From an uncultured Collinsella sp. (GTDB lineage: Bacteria; Actinomycetota; Coriobacteriia; Coriobacteriales; Coriobacteriaceae), in assembly GCA_900549575.1 (NCBI GenBank), contig URPB01000001.1, positions 2,560-66,559 on the forward strand: a stretch of DNA of 64,000 nucleotides, in the 5' to 3' direction. The notes below the pieces were generated by a model that was given only the letters and a program-made list of their open reading frames with translations, did no database searches and was not told the origin of the DNA. The position numbers were made by a program, and so were the translations under genes. This document shows, piece by piece, positions 24,858 to 34,101 of the stretch. Every line of letters starts with the position of its first letter. Positions within the stretch are counted from its first letter, which is position 1.

Positions 24858-25760
24858 TCAGCCTATGAGGAAGCACGGCAGCGGGCGTATCCAGTCGTGC
24901 GTCGGCGCGTTGTAGTTGGCATAGCCGTTGGAGCTGACAGTGCACGCGTTGGACGCAGAACCACCCATGACAGACCGCAGCCACCAAGTGACGCGACCGC
25001 CCGCGATGCGGCTTGCCGTATCGCTGGAGATGGGGAACTGGCTATCGAAGCCGACAGAGTAGCCCTTGGTGCCCCATACCGGACAGCCGTAAACCTCCAT
25101 CTCTGAGGGCGACCAGACCTTGCCCAAGTCCGCCCAGCTCCAACCGCTCGATTCGGTGAGCTTTTCGCTCGAAGAATAGCGCTCTTCGAGAAGCACGCGC
25201 TGCGCCATGATCGCGTTCTGAAGCGCGGTCGGCAGCGCTGGCAGGAAGTCGTTGATTTCCCAGTCGTGCAGCTTCGAAACCAAGTATGGGTGCTTTTCCT
25301 CGGCGGTACCGTTGTTGTCGTTCGTATCGCGCCACTGAAGGTAGCTGGTGTTTGATGCCTTGTCTCCGGTGACGCTCACGGGCGCGAGCGGCACCATGAC
25401 GATATGGTGCCCCTTCGCTGTGTCGCCGCACTGGTAATAGTGGTCGATAGCGCCGATGCGGTAGCGCACCGTCTGCGACGGCACGTTAGCGCCCGCTGTG
25501 ATGGGAACGTCGATGTAATCGCCGATGCGAATACCGGCGAAGTTGGCGCTTCGAGCGCGGTTCCGAAGCCATGTGTAAACGTCGGTGCTCCCGATCTCGT
25601 TTGCGAAGACCGAAGCGAGCGAGCGCCCAGCGTAAGAGTTTGTGTTGTGCTGTCGGTCGTATTCCTCGGCAGTCGTTACGGCGTTCGCCGTGTTGCGCGC
25701 AGAAGAATCCTTCAGATTGTAGGCGGTTCCGCCGATAGAGAACTTCGACAAGTCGGCCAT
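24858..25760 (-). CDS. DGR target: receptor-binding (tail fibre tip) protein
   Basis: 300 aa; contains VR at C-terminus; follows BppU-like fibre gene. Confidence 0.9.
   Translation of the reverse strand: MADLSKFSIGGTAYNLKDSSARNTANAVTTAEEYDRQHNTNSYAGRSLASVFANEIGSTDVYTWLRNRARSANFAGIRIGDYIDVPITAGANVPSQTVRYRIGAIDHYYQCGDTAKGHHIVMVPLAPVSVTGDKASNTSYLQWRDTNDNNGTAEEKHPYLVSKLHDWEINDFLPALPTALQNAIMAQRVLLEERYSSSEKLTESSGWSWADLGKVWSPSEMEVYGCPVWGTKGYSVGFDSQFPISSDTASRIAGGRVTWWLRSVMGGSASNACTVSSNGYANYNAPTHDWIRPLPCFLIG
24874..24997 (-). repeat. DGR variable repeat (VR) at 3' end of target gene
   Basis: See TR. Substitutions give N to T, T, S, S, Y, Y, H in the protein ...VTWWLRSVMGGSASNACTVSSNGYANYNAPTHDWIRPLP. 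Confidence 0.95.
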
Positions 25761-25775
25761 TGCTTTTCTCCTTCC

Positions 25776-26774
25776 TTAGTTGAGCGTCGCCGTCTCGCCG
25801 CTCACGTTCGCCTGAGCGACGGTTACGGTCTCGCTAGAAAGTGCAGTGCGTCTGTTGGTGGGCATGTACGCCGTTTCGCCAAGGACTATGTAGCCGTCCT
25901 GTAGCTCCACAAGCGCCGTCGCAAGCGTCGCGTTCTCTTCGCGCAGCTCTTGCACCTCGTCATCTGAGGGCGGCTCGATAGAAGCGATAGAGTTTGCGAT
26001 GTTAAGCGCGTTCTGCGCAGCGGCGGTGGCATCCTCCGCCGCGCCGTTTGCCGCAGCAGCGGCGGCGTTGGCGCTTGAAGCGGAACTGTTCGCCGCGCTC
26101 GCGGCGGCGTTGGCGTTGGATGTTGCCGCGTCGGCGTTCTGCTTGGCGGTGTTGGCGGCTGATGCCGCGTTGTTCGCAGCCGTGGTTGCAGCGTCGGCGT
26201 TCTGCTTGGCGGTGTTCGCCGCCGAAGCTGCGCTTGTCGCCGAAGCTGCGGCATCGTTTGCAGCCTTCGCGGCGTTGGTCGCGCTCGTAGCAGCCGAGTT
26301 CGCCTTGCTCGCGGCGCTGTTCGCCGCGCTGGCCGCACTGTTGGCTGAGCTTACGGCCTGATTGCCACGGTCGATGAGGTCTTGCACGGCATCGTCCCAG
26401 TTCTGCGAGGGCTGCTGCCCGTCAAGAGCGCTGCGCAGGATTTCGATTGCGAAGCGCTCCGTCGAATAGGTCTTGTCGCTCTTCGTGATCGTGAAATAGG
26501 CTTCGTCGGTGTAGCCGGGGACGCTGCAAAGCTTGGATTCGTCAACCGTGATCGTGGCGGCGTTGCCGCTCACCGAGCACTGGCCGCGATAGTAGTTGCG
26601 CTTGTTCGGCAGAAGCACGACAAGCCATGCGGTAGCGCCTGAAAGCGAGAACTCAGCGCCGTTGTCGTAGATAAGCGCCTTGATTGTGGTTCCGCCATTG
26701 TCGCCCTGACCAACCTTGACGCAGGTTCCCGCACCTTCTTTCGAAATATCGAGTTCAAGCGTTCTGGTGTTCAT
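25776..26774 (-). CDS. BppU-N-like baseplate/fibre protein with Ala/Asn/Ser-rich repeats
   Basis: N-terminus LELDISKEGAGTCVKVGQGDNGGTTIKALIYDNG...LSGATAWLVV; long AAN(S/T)A repeat region; counterpart of 14153-15055. Confidence 0.55.
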   Translation of the reverse strand: MNTRTLELDISKEGAGTCVKVGQGDNGGTTIKALIYDNGAEFSLSGATAWLVVLLPNKRNYYRGQCSVSGNAATITVDESKLCSVPGYTDEAYFTITKSDKTYSTERFAIEILRSALDGQQPSQNWDDAVQDLIDRGNQAVSSANSAASAANSAASKANSAATSATNAAKAANDAAASATSAASAANTAKQNADAATTAANNAASAANTAKQNADAATSNANAAASAANSSASSANAAAAAANGAAEDATAAAQNALNIANSIASIEPPSDDEVQELREENATLATALVELQDGYIVLGETAYMPTNRRTALSSETVTVAQANVSGETATLN

Positions 26775-26971
26775 AAGGAATCACCGCCTGAATCTCTGGC
26801 CGATATGACCGATTCCTGCATGGTAGAAACAAGCACGCTGATAGCGTCAACAAGATTGTTCGTATTCTGCACAAGCGCAGATACCATCTCCTTTAGCCCT
26901 TCCTCGTGCTCAACCGCAGCCGGCGGCGCGGCGCTTTGGGCTGTGTCTTCCATGATTCCCCCTAACTCCAA
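26771..26971 (-). CDS. Small hypothetical tail-module protein
   Basis: 66 aa, coupled to flanking genes. Confidence 0.4.
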   Translation of the reverse strand: MELGGIMEDTAQSAAPPAAVEHEEGLKEMVSALVQNTNNLVDAISVLVSTMQESVISARDSGGDSL

Positions 26972-29088
26972 GTCAAACTTTCGTGGAACTCGCCGTTAAG
27001 CCACCCGAACCCCTTCGACCCGCAGCGGCATTGAACGCCGCTTGAATCAACCCTTATGTAATGGGTCGAATCGAACGCAAGCGTTGCATGTCTCCCGGAG
27101 GTCATAGTCAGACGCGGGTATCCCTGATTCGTTGAATCTGTCGATTGCGGAGGGCTGAGGATGATGTAAGGGTTGCCGGTAGTTGCCCCCGAGTAATACT
27201 GCACGGCTTCGAGGAAGTACCGGCCTGTGTTTCTCATCCCAACGCCGTTGTCTACGAATCTCACAAGGTCGAACAGCTGGTTTCCTGAGCATTCGAAGCT
27301 GAACCCCGATTTTCCGTCGCTCGTCGCTCCGACGGTTACGTTCGTATCAGAGTTGCGGTAGCTCTCAATCTTGTTGGTCGATACGGTGCCGGATCGGATG
27401 TACTCACCGTTGATGTATATGCGACCGCCACTGAGATAGATTCCCTGTGTCTGGCCGTTGTTAGTCAGCTTGTTGAATATGTCACGCTGCGTCTGCGCAC
27501 TGACGGCTGAACTTGCCGCATTGGCGGCGATATCCTGAACTGTCTTGCCGCCAACCTCCGCACTTGCTGAAAGCGAGAACTCGCCGGTGGTCAAGTCCCA
27601 GAAGTTCTCGCCTTCCTCGTCCGTGAGAAGCCCGGCGCGCACTCGGTCTGCGCGCATCGTCCCAGCATTGATGCAGTCAGCCGCGACCATTCCGCCCGTT
27701 AGGAAAGTCCGCCAGTCCCACGAGCCGTCGGATGCAAGACCGGAGGCAAGGCGCAAGCCCATTCCGTTTATGTTGATTGCCCACATGCCGGACGTGCTAT
27801 TTAGCGGAAGGCCGGTATGCGCGTCGATGGGGACGTTAGACCATATGGTTCCAATCTCGAAAGTCTCAACCTTGTAGGTGCCCACTGCGTTGAACTGAGC
27901 GTTGAGCGCGGATTGAAGCTGCTGAAGCCATGAAACCGACGTTCCAGCCGCCGTGTCGTAGAGCGCGTTTTGCTGGCTGTTGCTCTTCAGGGCGCTGCTG
28001 ACGCTCTGCCACATGTCGGCCATCGTGTCAGTAAGCGTGCCGAACGTCACGGTCGCGTCGCCGGTGAGCAAGTCGCGCTCAATCTGAGACACGCGGCCAT
28101 GAAGACGCACGCCCTCGGCAGAAAAGCCCTTGTCGATGATCGCCACGTCATCGCCAACGCCCACGCCCTCCCACGAGCGCCCGAAGGCGTATAGGTCGAT
28201 AACCGAAGCGGTGTAGGTTACTTTCGGCTCCTTCACTTGCTCCAAGTAATCTTGCGTTTCCTGCAAGAGCTGCGCCGCGTCCTCGCACTGCTCGTTGACG
28301 TATGACGCGACGGCGGGAAGAATGCCGCCCTCGCCGTCAGGGTGCCCCCAAACGGCGGTTGCTTCTGCATCCTCCACGTAGTCTTTGCCGCCGTTTATAT
28401 CGCCGAAGGTGAGACGGCGACCGTAGCCGCCGCCCTCAGTCTCAACGCCCTTGCCGTAACCGTAGACGCGCGTTTTCGGGTTGTCGCTCGCAACCGAGCG
28501 CTTGACGGAAACGAGGTCTTTAGTCCACGTGAACCGCTTTGCGCTGCTCTGGTTGCCGCGCTTGGCGCGCACTCCCACGCGGCGGCTAACGATTCCCGCG
28601 CCGTCGTGGACGATGAGCGTTTCAAGCTCGCCGCCCCATGTCTCGATGATTCCGGCCAAACCCTCGCGCACGCTCTCATGGTAGAAGGTGCGCGAAGCGC
28701 TGCCGCCCTGATCGCACGTGCCGACCTCCCAGCGCGTGTCTGCGAGAATGGATGTGAGGGCTACCGACACGCTGCCAGAAGGCCGCTTATCGTCCAACCA
28801 GTCATCCCACGTCTCGTTTACCGAGTTGATGCAGACGGCTTGCGTCTCTGGCGCGCCGTCATCGTCGTGTACGCGGTCGATAGTGTCAACGATGTGTTCG
28901 TGGCAAACTCCCTGAAGGTCAATCCAGACTACGCGGTCGCCCTTCACGAGGTCTTCGGCGCACGTGATGTTCAGTTCGTCGGTTCCGTCCAGCGCGTCGG
29001 TGTGCGTCGCTGCGCTCACCGTGAGCCGCCCCAGATTGTCGCCCCAGCGGTTGAAGCGGGTGAAGCCGATACGTCTAACTAAAGCCAT
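26962..29088 (-). CDS. Tail-associated (Tal-like) minor structural protein
   Basis: 708 aa from ATG 29088; N-terminal third homologous to 11254-13806. Confidence 0.75.
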   Translation of the reverse strand: MALVRRIGFTRFNRWGDNLGRLTVSAATHTDALDGTDELNITCAEDLVKGDRVVWIDLQGVCHEHIVDTIDRVHDDDGAPETQAVCINSVNETWDDWLDDKRPSGSVSVALTSILADTRWEVGTCDQGGSASRTFYHESVREGLAGIIETWGGELETLIVHDGAGIVSRRVGVRAKRGNQSSAKRFTWTKDLVSVKRSVASDNPKTRVYGYGKGVETEGGGYGRRLTFGDINGGKDYVEDAEATAVWGHPDGEGGILPAVASYVNEQCEDAAQLLQETQDYLEQVKEPKVTYTASVIDLYAFGRSWEGVGVGDDVAIIDKGFSAEGVRLHGRVSQIERDLLTGDATVTFGTLTDTMADMWQSVSSALKSNSQQNALYDTAAGTSVSWLQQLQSALNAQFNAVGTYKVETFEIGTIWSNVPIDAHTGLPLNSTSGMWAININGMGLRLASGLASDGSWDWRTFLTGGMVAADCINAGTMRADRVRAGLLTDEEGENFWDLTTGEFSLSASAEVGGKTVQDIAANAASSAVSAQTQRDIFNKLTNNGQTQGIYLSGGRIYINGEYIRSGTVSTNKIESYRNSDTNVTVGATSDGKSGFSFECSGNQLFDLVRFVDNGVGMRNTGRYFLEAVQYYSGATTGNPYIILSPPQSTDSTNQGYPRLTMTSGRHATLAFDSTHYIRVDSSGVQCRCGSKGFGWLNGEFHESLTWS

Positions 29089-29816
29089 CGTTCCACCCAC
29101 TCAAGAATCGCGGTGCCGTTAGTGATGTTCAGGTGGCATCGTCCGTTGATCTCGAAGTAATCCGAATCAATCGTTACCGGCGCGGTCTGGTTGTTTACCG
29201 TCGCGTGCTCGGTCGCCATGTCAAGCCGTATGGTGCTCGAAGACGTGAGCGCGGTATTGATAGCCACGAACTCGCCGGTATCGACGTTCGTAATCCGCCA
29301 CGTGCTGCCAGCGGAGGGCTTCGCCGTGACCTTCAGGTAAGCGGGTCGGTTGCCGCCAGCGTTTACGTAGATGTTGCCAGCCGAAACCTCCATGCGGCGC
29401 TTCTGTCCGTAATAGTCGGGGTCGCCGATATGGAAAGTCACGGTTGTAGTCGGGCAATCGTCGGTGATCTCGTCAAGGTCGGTGCTGCCGCTCACGATTG
29501 CGAGCAGGTAGCGCGTCGGGTCATCAGGAAGGTAGAGCGGAGCTGGTTCGTCCGTCCAGAGAGCCGCCGCGAGCTTATGCCGCATCTCCGCGACCTCGCG
29601 GCGGTCTTCCGTCCTAAGCCAAATCTCAACGGGAAGGTCGTAGCCGCCACGGTAGGCGCTCTTGAAGACCTCGCCATGCCGCCCCGGCACGCTCTCGAAC
29701 GTCGCGTTGACGGTCGCCATGATGGGGCGGCGCACCTTGCAGTAAACCAGCTTCGATAGGTCGGTGCCGTTGAAGATGATTCGGTCGTGCTGGTTCCTAG
29801 TCCGTCTAAGTTGCAA
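29079..29816 (-). CDS. Distal tail protein (Dit)
   Basis: 245 aa between TMP and Tal; overlaps both. Confidence 0.65.
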   Translation of the reverse strand: MQLRRTRNQHDRIIFNGTDLSKLVYCKVRRPIMATVNATFESVPGRHGEVFKSAYRGGYDLPVEIWLRTEDRREVAEMRHKLAAALWTDEPAPLYLPDDPTRYLLAIVSGSTDLDEITDDCPTTTVTFHIGDPDYYGQKRRMEVSAGNIYVNAGGNRPAYLKVTAKPSAGSTWRITNVDTGEFVAINTALTSSSTIRLDMATEHATVNNQTAPVTIDSDYFEINGRCHLNITNGTAILEWVERWL

Positions 29817-32460
29817 CTGGCACCCCCCTTTGCTTCAGCTTGCTTGCGATGCCAGCGCCGATCTGCTGGCCTGTCTCGTATGCGTCCACGCCGTCAGCGA
29901 CCGTGGCGTAAACCGTCACGGCGACGTTAACGGGCTGGCTCGGCGTGTCGGCGAACCGCGAGAAGGCGCGGTTTACCGAAGTCTCGATGAAGCCTTGCAA
30001 CTGCTTCTCAGGCGCGATGAACTCGCCGCCCGCTTCGCCAACGCCGACGATTGAAGGCTCATCGAAGTAGCCGCCGCGCGCGTACCAACTGATGCTCACG
30101 CTCGGTAGTGAAATCGGGCCGAACTCGTTCCAGCTCACGTTGAAGTGCGGAAGCTTTGGCTTCGGAATGCTTATCTTGATTCCGCCGAAGGCGTTCATGA
30201 TCTTCTGCGGAATGCTCGAAATCGCGTTCCATGCGCTTTCGATAGGGTTCTCTATGAAGCCCCGAATGCTGTTGAACACGCCCTGCACCTTCGAGCCAAG
30301 GCCGGGGAATCCCAGCTTGTCGCCGATTCGGTCTGCGATGCTAACCGCCGTGCTCTCGGCAGCGTCAAGCTTCGAGCCGATGTTGTCTTTAATCGCGTTG
30401 AAGGCGTTTGCCGCTTGGCTCTTCGCCGTCTCCCAGTCGCCGTTCATCGCGGCTTGCAGAGCGCCAGCCGCAGAGCTGCCAACCGTCTTCGCGGTGTTCA
30501 TGTCGTTCTGCACCGTGGAAGCGATTTGCCCGAAGGCCGAATCGGTGTTGCCGGTTAGGTTGTTCCACCAGTTAGACACGGTATCGACCGCGCCTTGTGC
30601 GAGGTTCCCGACGTTGGTTTTAAGATCGTTCCAAGCGTTCGAAGCGCCGGTTTTGATGTTCTCCCAAGTGTCGGAAGCACCTTGCTTCAACTGCTCCCAC
30701 TTCTCGCCAACGCCGGTGCAGAAATCAGAAACGCCAGTGCTGACCTGCTCCCAGATTCCGCCCCAGAACTCAGGCACGCCAGCAAAGAAATCCTGCACGG
30801 CTTGCCACTTCTCCGAAATCCAGCCGGTGAAGTCAGACCACATCTGCTTACCCGTCTCGGTCTGCGTGAAGAACCACGTAAGACCAGCGACGGCGGCGGA
30901 CACGGCGGCAACGCCAAGGGCGATAGGATGCGCGGCGATAAGCCCGGTAAAGCCCGTCCATCCGCTAGAGAGCGTGCCGGTGAGCATGCTTCCAAGACCG
31001 CCCGCCTTGGTAACGATGTTAGAGAAGCCGGTTCCGATTTTGCTTAGAAAGCCCGTATCGCCCATGAGCTTCTTAGCGCCGCCCCAAAGCTCGCCAGCGG
31101 TCTTGAAGGCGCTTCCCACGCCCTCTGCGGCTTCCATCGTCTTACCAACGGCTGTTGTCACGCCGCCGAAGGCGACGGCTCCTAGAGCGAGGTTGTTAAC
31201 AAGCGTCTGCTGCTCTGGCGAAAGGTTCTTGTACCAGCCCGTGACGGTTTCGAGCGCGGGCGCGAGCGTGTTAAGAAGGCTCGTGCCAATCTCGGTAACG
31301 GCAGTCTTGACGGGCAAGGCCGCTTCGCCGAGTTCCTGCATGCTCTGGTTCATCTCGTTCTGCGCGTCGCGCGAAGCGAGAAGGTCTTTGTTCGTCTCTT
31401 GGTACTGCTGTCCAGCTTCGCCGAGAAGCCCGTTGAGCGTTTCGGTGATGAGCGTAGACCGCTCTTGCTGGTCGCTGCACGACGCGAGGGCGGCGTTGAA
31501 CGCGTCTTCTTTCGTCTGACCCTCTGCTATCGCTTGGTTGAACGCTGCTTGCGCGTCAGAGTTGCCGGAAAGCGCCGCGCTCCACTGATCGGCGGAAATC
31601 TTCGACCAATTGAGGGCATCGGATAGGCCAGAAACGGCCTGTCCGGTGGAAGCGGCCTCTTGGGCACCCTCGGCAAGGTTGGTGATAGGTAGAGCGTCAC
31701 CGAACACCGCAAAAGCGCCAGCGGCAATGTCTGTCCACTGTTGAAGCTCTTGCTCGTTCGTGGTCAGGCGCGCCAAGTTCTGCGCCGCTTCTGTCGCGGT
31801 GTCTTCCTCGCCAAGGATGCGGTAGAAACTCGAATAGACGCTTTGCGCCGTCTCGGCGGTGCTACCCGCCTGAGTGAACGCAACTTCGAGCTGACCGCTG
31901 CGCTGTATCGCTTCCTCTTGGCTCGATGCAAGGCCGGTGAGCGCGCCAGCCGCACCGATGATGCCGCCAGACAAAGCGGTTCCTGCGCTCGAAACCTTAG
32001 ACCCGGCGTTTGAAATAGCGTCGGCGTTGTCCTCGATGGTCTGGCCGAGCTTGCCAAGCGCGGTCTTAGACCCTTCGGCCTGTCGCGCCGTGTCCGCAAG
32101 CTCGCTGCCGTAGCTGTCAAGCTGGCGCTCGCACTGCATGATCGCGCGCTTCAGGCTGTCGTACTGCCGTTCTTCCTGAGCCGTGAGCTGCGCGCCGCTC
32201 TGTTTCTTGCTCTCCAACTGCGCGAGCGCCTGCTTGTAAGCGTCAAGCTTCTGCTTCGTCTCGCCGTAGGCAGAGTTGAGCGCCTTTACCTTCTGCTCTA
32301 GCAGCTCGGTGTTTCCGGGGTCGAACTTCAGCGCCTTGTTGATATCGCGCAAGTCGCTTTGGGTGTCGCGCGATGCTTGCTGAACCTTCTTCAGGGCGCT
32401 TTGCAGCTCGGTAGTGTCGCCGCCGAACTTGATAACAAGCCCCTTGTAAGTGACCGCCAC
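29806..32460 (-). CDS. Tape measure protein
   Basis: 884 aa; coiled-coil N-terminus, hydrophobic Gly/Ala-rich centre, W-repeat C-terminal region. Confidence 0.85.
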   Translation of the reverse strand: MAVTYKGLVIKFGGDTTELQSALKKVQQASRDTQSDLRDINKALKFDPGNTELLEQKVKALNSAYGETKQKLDAYKQALAQLESKKQSGAQLTAQEERQYDSLKRAIMQCERQLDSYGSELADTARQAEGSKTALGKLGQTIEDNADAISNAGSKVSSAGTALSGGIIGAAGALTGLASSQEEAIQRSGQLEVAFTQAGSTAETAQSVYSSFYRILGEEDTATEAAQNLARLTTNEQELQQWTDIAAGAFAVFGDALPITNLAEGAQEAASTGQAVSGLSDALNWSKISADQWSAALSGNSDAQAAFNQAIAEGQTKEDAFNAALASCSDQQERSTLITETLNGLLGEAGQQYQETNKDLLASRDAQNEMNQSMQELGEAALPVKTAVTEIGTSLLNTLAPALETVTGWYKNLSPEQQTLVNNLALGAVAFGGVTTAVGKTMEAAEGVGSAFKTAGELWGGAKKLMGDTGFLSKIGTGFSNIVTKAGGLGSMLTGTLSSGWTGFTGLIAAHPIALGVAAVSAAVAGLTWFFTQTETGKQMWSDFTGWISEKWQAVQDFFAGVPEFWGGIWEQVSTGVSDFCTGVGEKWEQLKQGASDTWENIKTGASNAWNDLKTNVGNLAQGAVDTVSNWWNNLTGNTDSAFGQIASTVQNDMNTAKTVGSSAAGALQAAMNGDWETAKSQAANAFNAIKDNIGSKLDAAESTAVSIADRIGDKLGFPGLGSKVQGVFNSIRGFIENPIESAWNAISSIPQKIMNAFGGIKISIPKPKLPHFNVSWNEFGPISLPSVSISWYARGGYFDEPSIVGVGEAGGEFIAPEKQLQGFIETSVNRAFSRFADTPSQPVNVAVTVYATVADGVDAYETGQQIGAGIASKLKQRGVPVAT

Positions 32461-32550
32461 GTAATCACCCCTCTTCGGTTGTCAAAGTCCCATGAGTGCT
32501 TGAAGCAACGCGCCCTCGCGGGTGCGCTGCCGTCAAGAACTCACTTCACG

Positions 32551-32832
32551 TCATGACCAGAACGCGGCTTCTGCCTTGCGCGCCTTCTCGTCCTCGTCGT
32601 AGTACGCCGCAGCGTCGGCGTAGAACGCGTTAATCTCCAGAAGGTCTTTAACCTGCCGGTAGCTCATCATCTGAAGGTCTGAGAGCGTCAGTCCGCATTG
32701 CTGGCAGTTGTAGATGTATCGCGCGTCGCACGCGTCTTGCAGGTTACTTGGAAGCGGCGGGGCTGGCCTTTTCGGCTCCCTCGGCTTCCACTGCATCTTT
32801 CGCGGCGCTTGGAAAAAAGTTGTCCTCGACAA
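32551..32832 (-). CDS. Tail assembly chaperone, frameshift-extension ORF (gpT-like part)
   Basis: Overlaps 3' end of 32744-33154 by 89 nt in the +1 frame; only a TTG start available; a T6 run lies at the start of the overlap. Confidence 0.45.
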   Translation of the reverse strand: MSRTTFFQAPRKMQWKPREPKRPAPPLPSNLQDACDARYIYNCQQCGLTLSDLQMMSYRQVKDLLEINAFYADAAAYYDEDEKARKAEAAFWS

Positions 32833-33154
32833 TGCGCATCACGTCGGAAGCCCAACCGTCCCTGCGCTCCAAGTTGTACGCGTCCGGTGGGAAGGAAGAA
32901 ACCCACTCATCGAATCCGATATCAAACTTCGGCGTTGCGGTCTTGATGCACGCGTAGAAGATTTCGAGCAGCGGGACGATAGCGGGCACGTCGCTAGTCA
33001 TGAGAGAACCGGCGATCTTGGAAACTGCGTCCGCAATGTCCTTCGGGCGCTTCCTGCCGCCCTCGACAACCTCATTGAAGCATCGAGAATAGGCAATCGG
33101 CGTGAACGCGTTGAATGTCGCTTCGTAGCTCTTTTCGCCAACATTGATAAGCAT
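32744..33154 (-). CDS. Tail assembly chaperone (gpG-like)
   Basis: 136 aa between major tail and TMP genes. Confidence 0.65.
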   Translation of the reverse strand: MLINVGEKSYEATFNAFTPIAYSRCFNEVVEGGRKRPKDIADAVSKIAGSLMTSDVPAIVPLLEIFYACIKTATPKFDIGFDEWVSSFPPDAYNLERRDGWASDVMRIVEDNFFPSAAKDAVEAEGAEKASPAASK

Positions 33155-33173
33155 TCGCTACCTCCTATGCGGT

Positions 33174-33761
33174 CTACTCGGTCTTGTGCGCAAGCTCGAT
33201 ATCGACCGCATCAAAGAAGGTGTCGTAATCGGCAAGGCCGGTGAAGCTGTCATAGCCGCTCGTGCGAATGTCGGTGCTCGGGATGGTGACGGGTCGCCAC
33301 GTGAACGGGTAATCGAGCTGCGTAATCTCCGGCGTATCCTGAATGGTGTTAAGCTCCTGCGTCGGCTTCGAGAGCTGGCACATGAGAAGGCAGCGGCGGC
33401 GACCGAGCACGTGCCCCGGCTGCTCGCACATGAAGGCGAACTTTTTAGGCGTTCGGTCTGCGCTCAGGATGGTTCGCCCGTCCTGCGCGATCTCGTAGCC
33501 CACGAGGTCTGCGATGAGCTGGCGAAGCTCAGCCGTCCCCTCGGTGTCGTAGAAGCTCATGGTGCCGCTTCCGCCGTTGTCCTGCTGCTTGTCAAGCCAA
33601 ACCTCGTTGTCGGCGTAGCTAGAAGCCGTCTCAACGGTCGGCTCCATGCTGATAGCGACGGTGCCCGCGACGTGCACGGGGTCTTCGTAGGTAAGCGCGT
33701 CTTCGTCGGTGCAGATCGCGAAATGCGAGTTCTTCACGCCGAAGAATCCGTTTCGTGCCAT
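33174..33761 (-). CDS. Major tail protein
   Basis: 195 aa; MARNGFFGVKNSHFAICTDEDALTYEDP... resembles phi13-family major tail proteins; synteny. Confidence 0.7.
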   Translation of the reverse strand: MARNGFFGVKNSHFAICTDEDALTYEDPVHVAGTVAISMEPTVETASSYADNEVWLDKQQDNGGSGTMSFYDTEGTAELRQLIADLVGYEIAQDGRTILSADRTPKKFAFMCEQPGHVLGRRRCLLMCQLSKPTQELNTIQDTPEITQLDYPFTWRPVTIPSTDIRTSGYDSFTGLADYDTFFDAVDIELAHKTE

Positions 33762-33771
33762 TTGTTTTCTC

Positions 33772-34101
33772 CTAACTCTCGGCGACGTTCACGGTGAACG
33801 CCGCTTCGGTAAGCTCTTCTGAATCAATGTTCGTGATGCTCAGCGTGAACGGGCACTCTGCGGCTTCGAGTGCATCGCGTATGCGTTTCTCGTTCGCGTA
33901 GTCGCGGTGCCGCGTGTAGAGCGCGATATCGTAGGGCATCCACGAAAGGTAGGTGCCGTTGTCCGCGTAGGCCGCTTCGTTGTAGCCCGCGACAAGGCAG
34001 ATGAAGGGCGGTGCCGGTTCCTCACCGTCAGCGAAGCGCTGGTTAGCCCACGGGATGCCGAGCGAATCGAGAACGCCGCAGAGCGCCTTTAGCTCAATCA
34101 T
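33772..34101 (-). CDS. Tail completion protein
   Basis: 109 aa from ATG 34101; synteny; the longer ORF-track form overlaps the upstream gene. Confidence 0.5.
   Translation of the reverse strand: MIELKALCGVLDSLGIPWANQRFADGEEPAPPFICLVAGYNEAAYADNGTYLSWMPYDIALYTRHRDYANEKRIRDALEAAECPFTLSITNIDSEELTEAAFTVNVAES

Noticed and set aside
25999-26361. Ala-rich 120-aa ORF on the + strand (and 25886-26338 on the - strand, other frame) inside the BppU-like gene.
   Set aside because: These are alternate-frame readings of the GCN-rich repeat region. The BppU-like frame has a recognisable N-terminal domain and continuous synteny.
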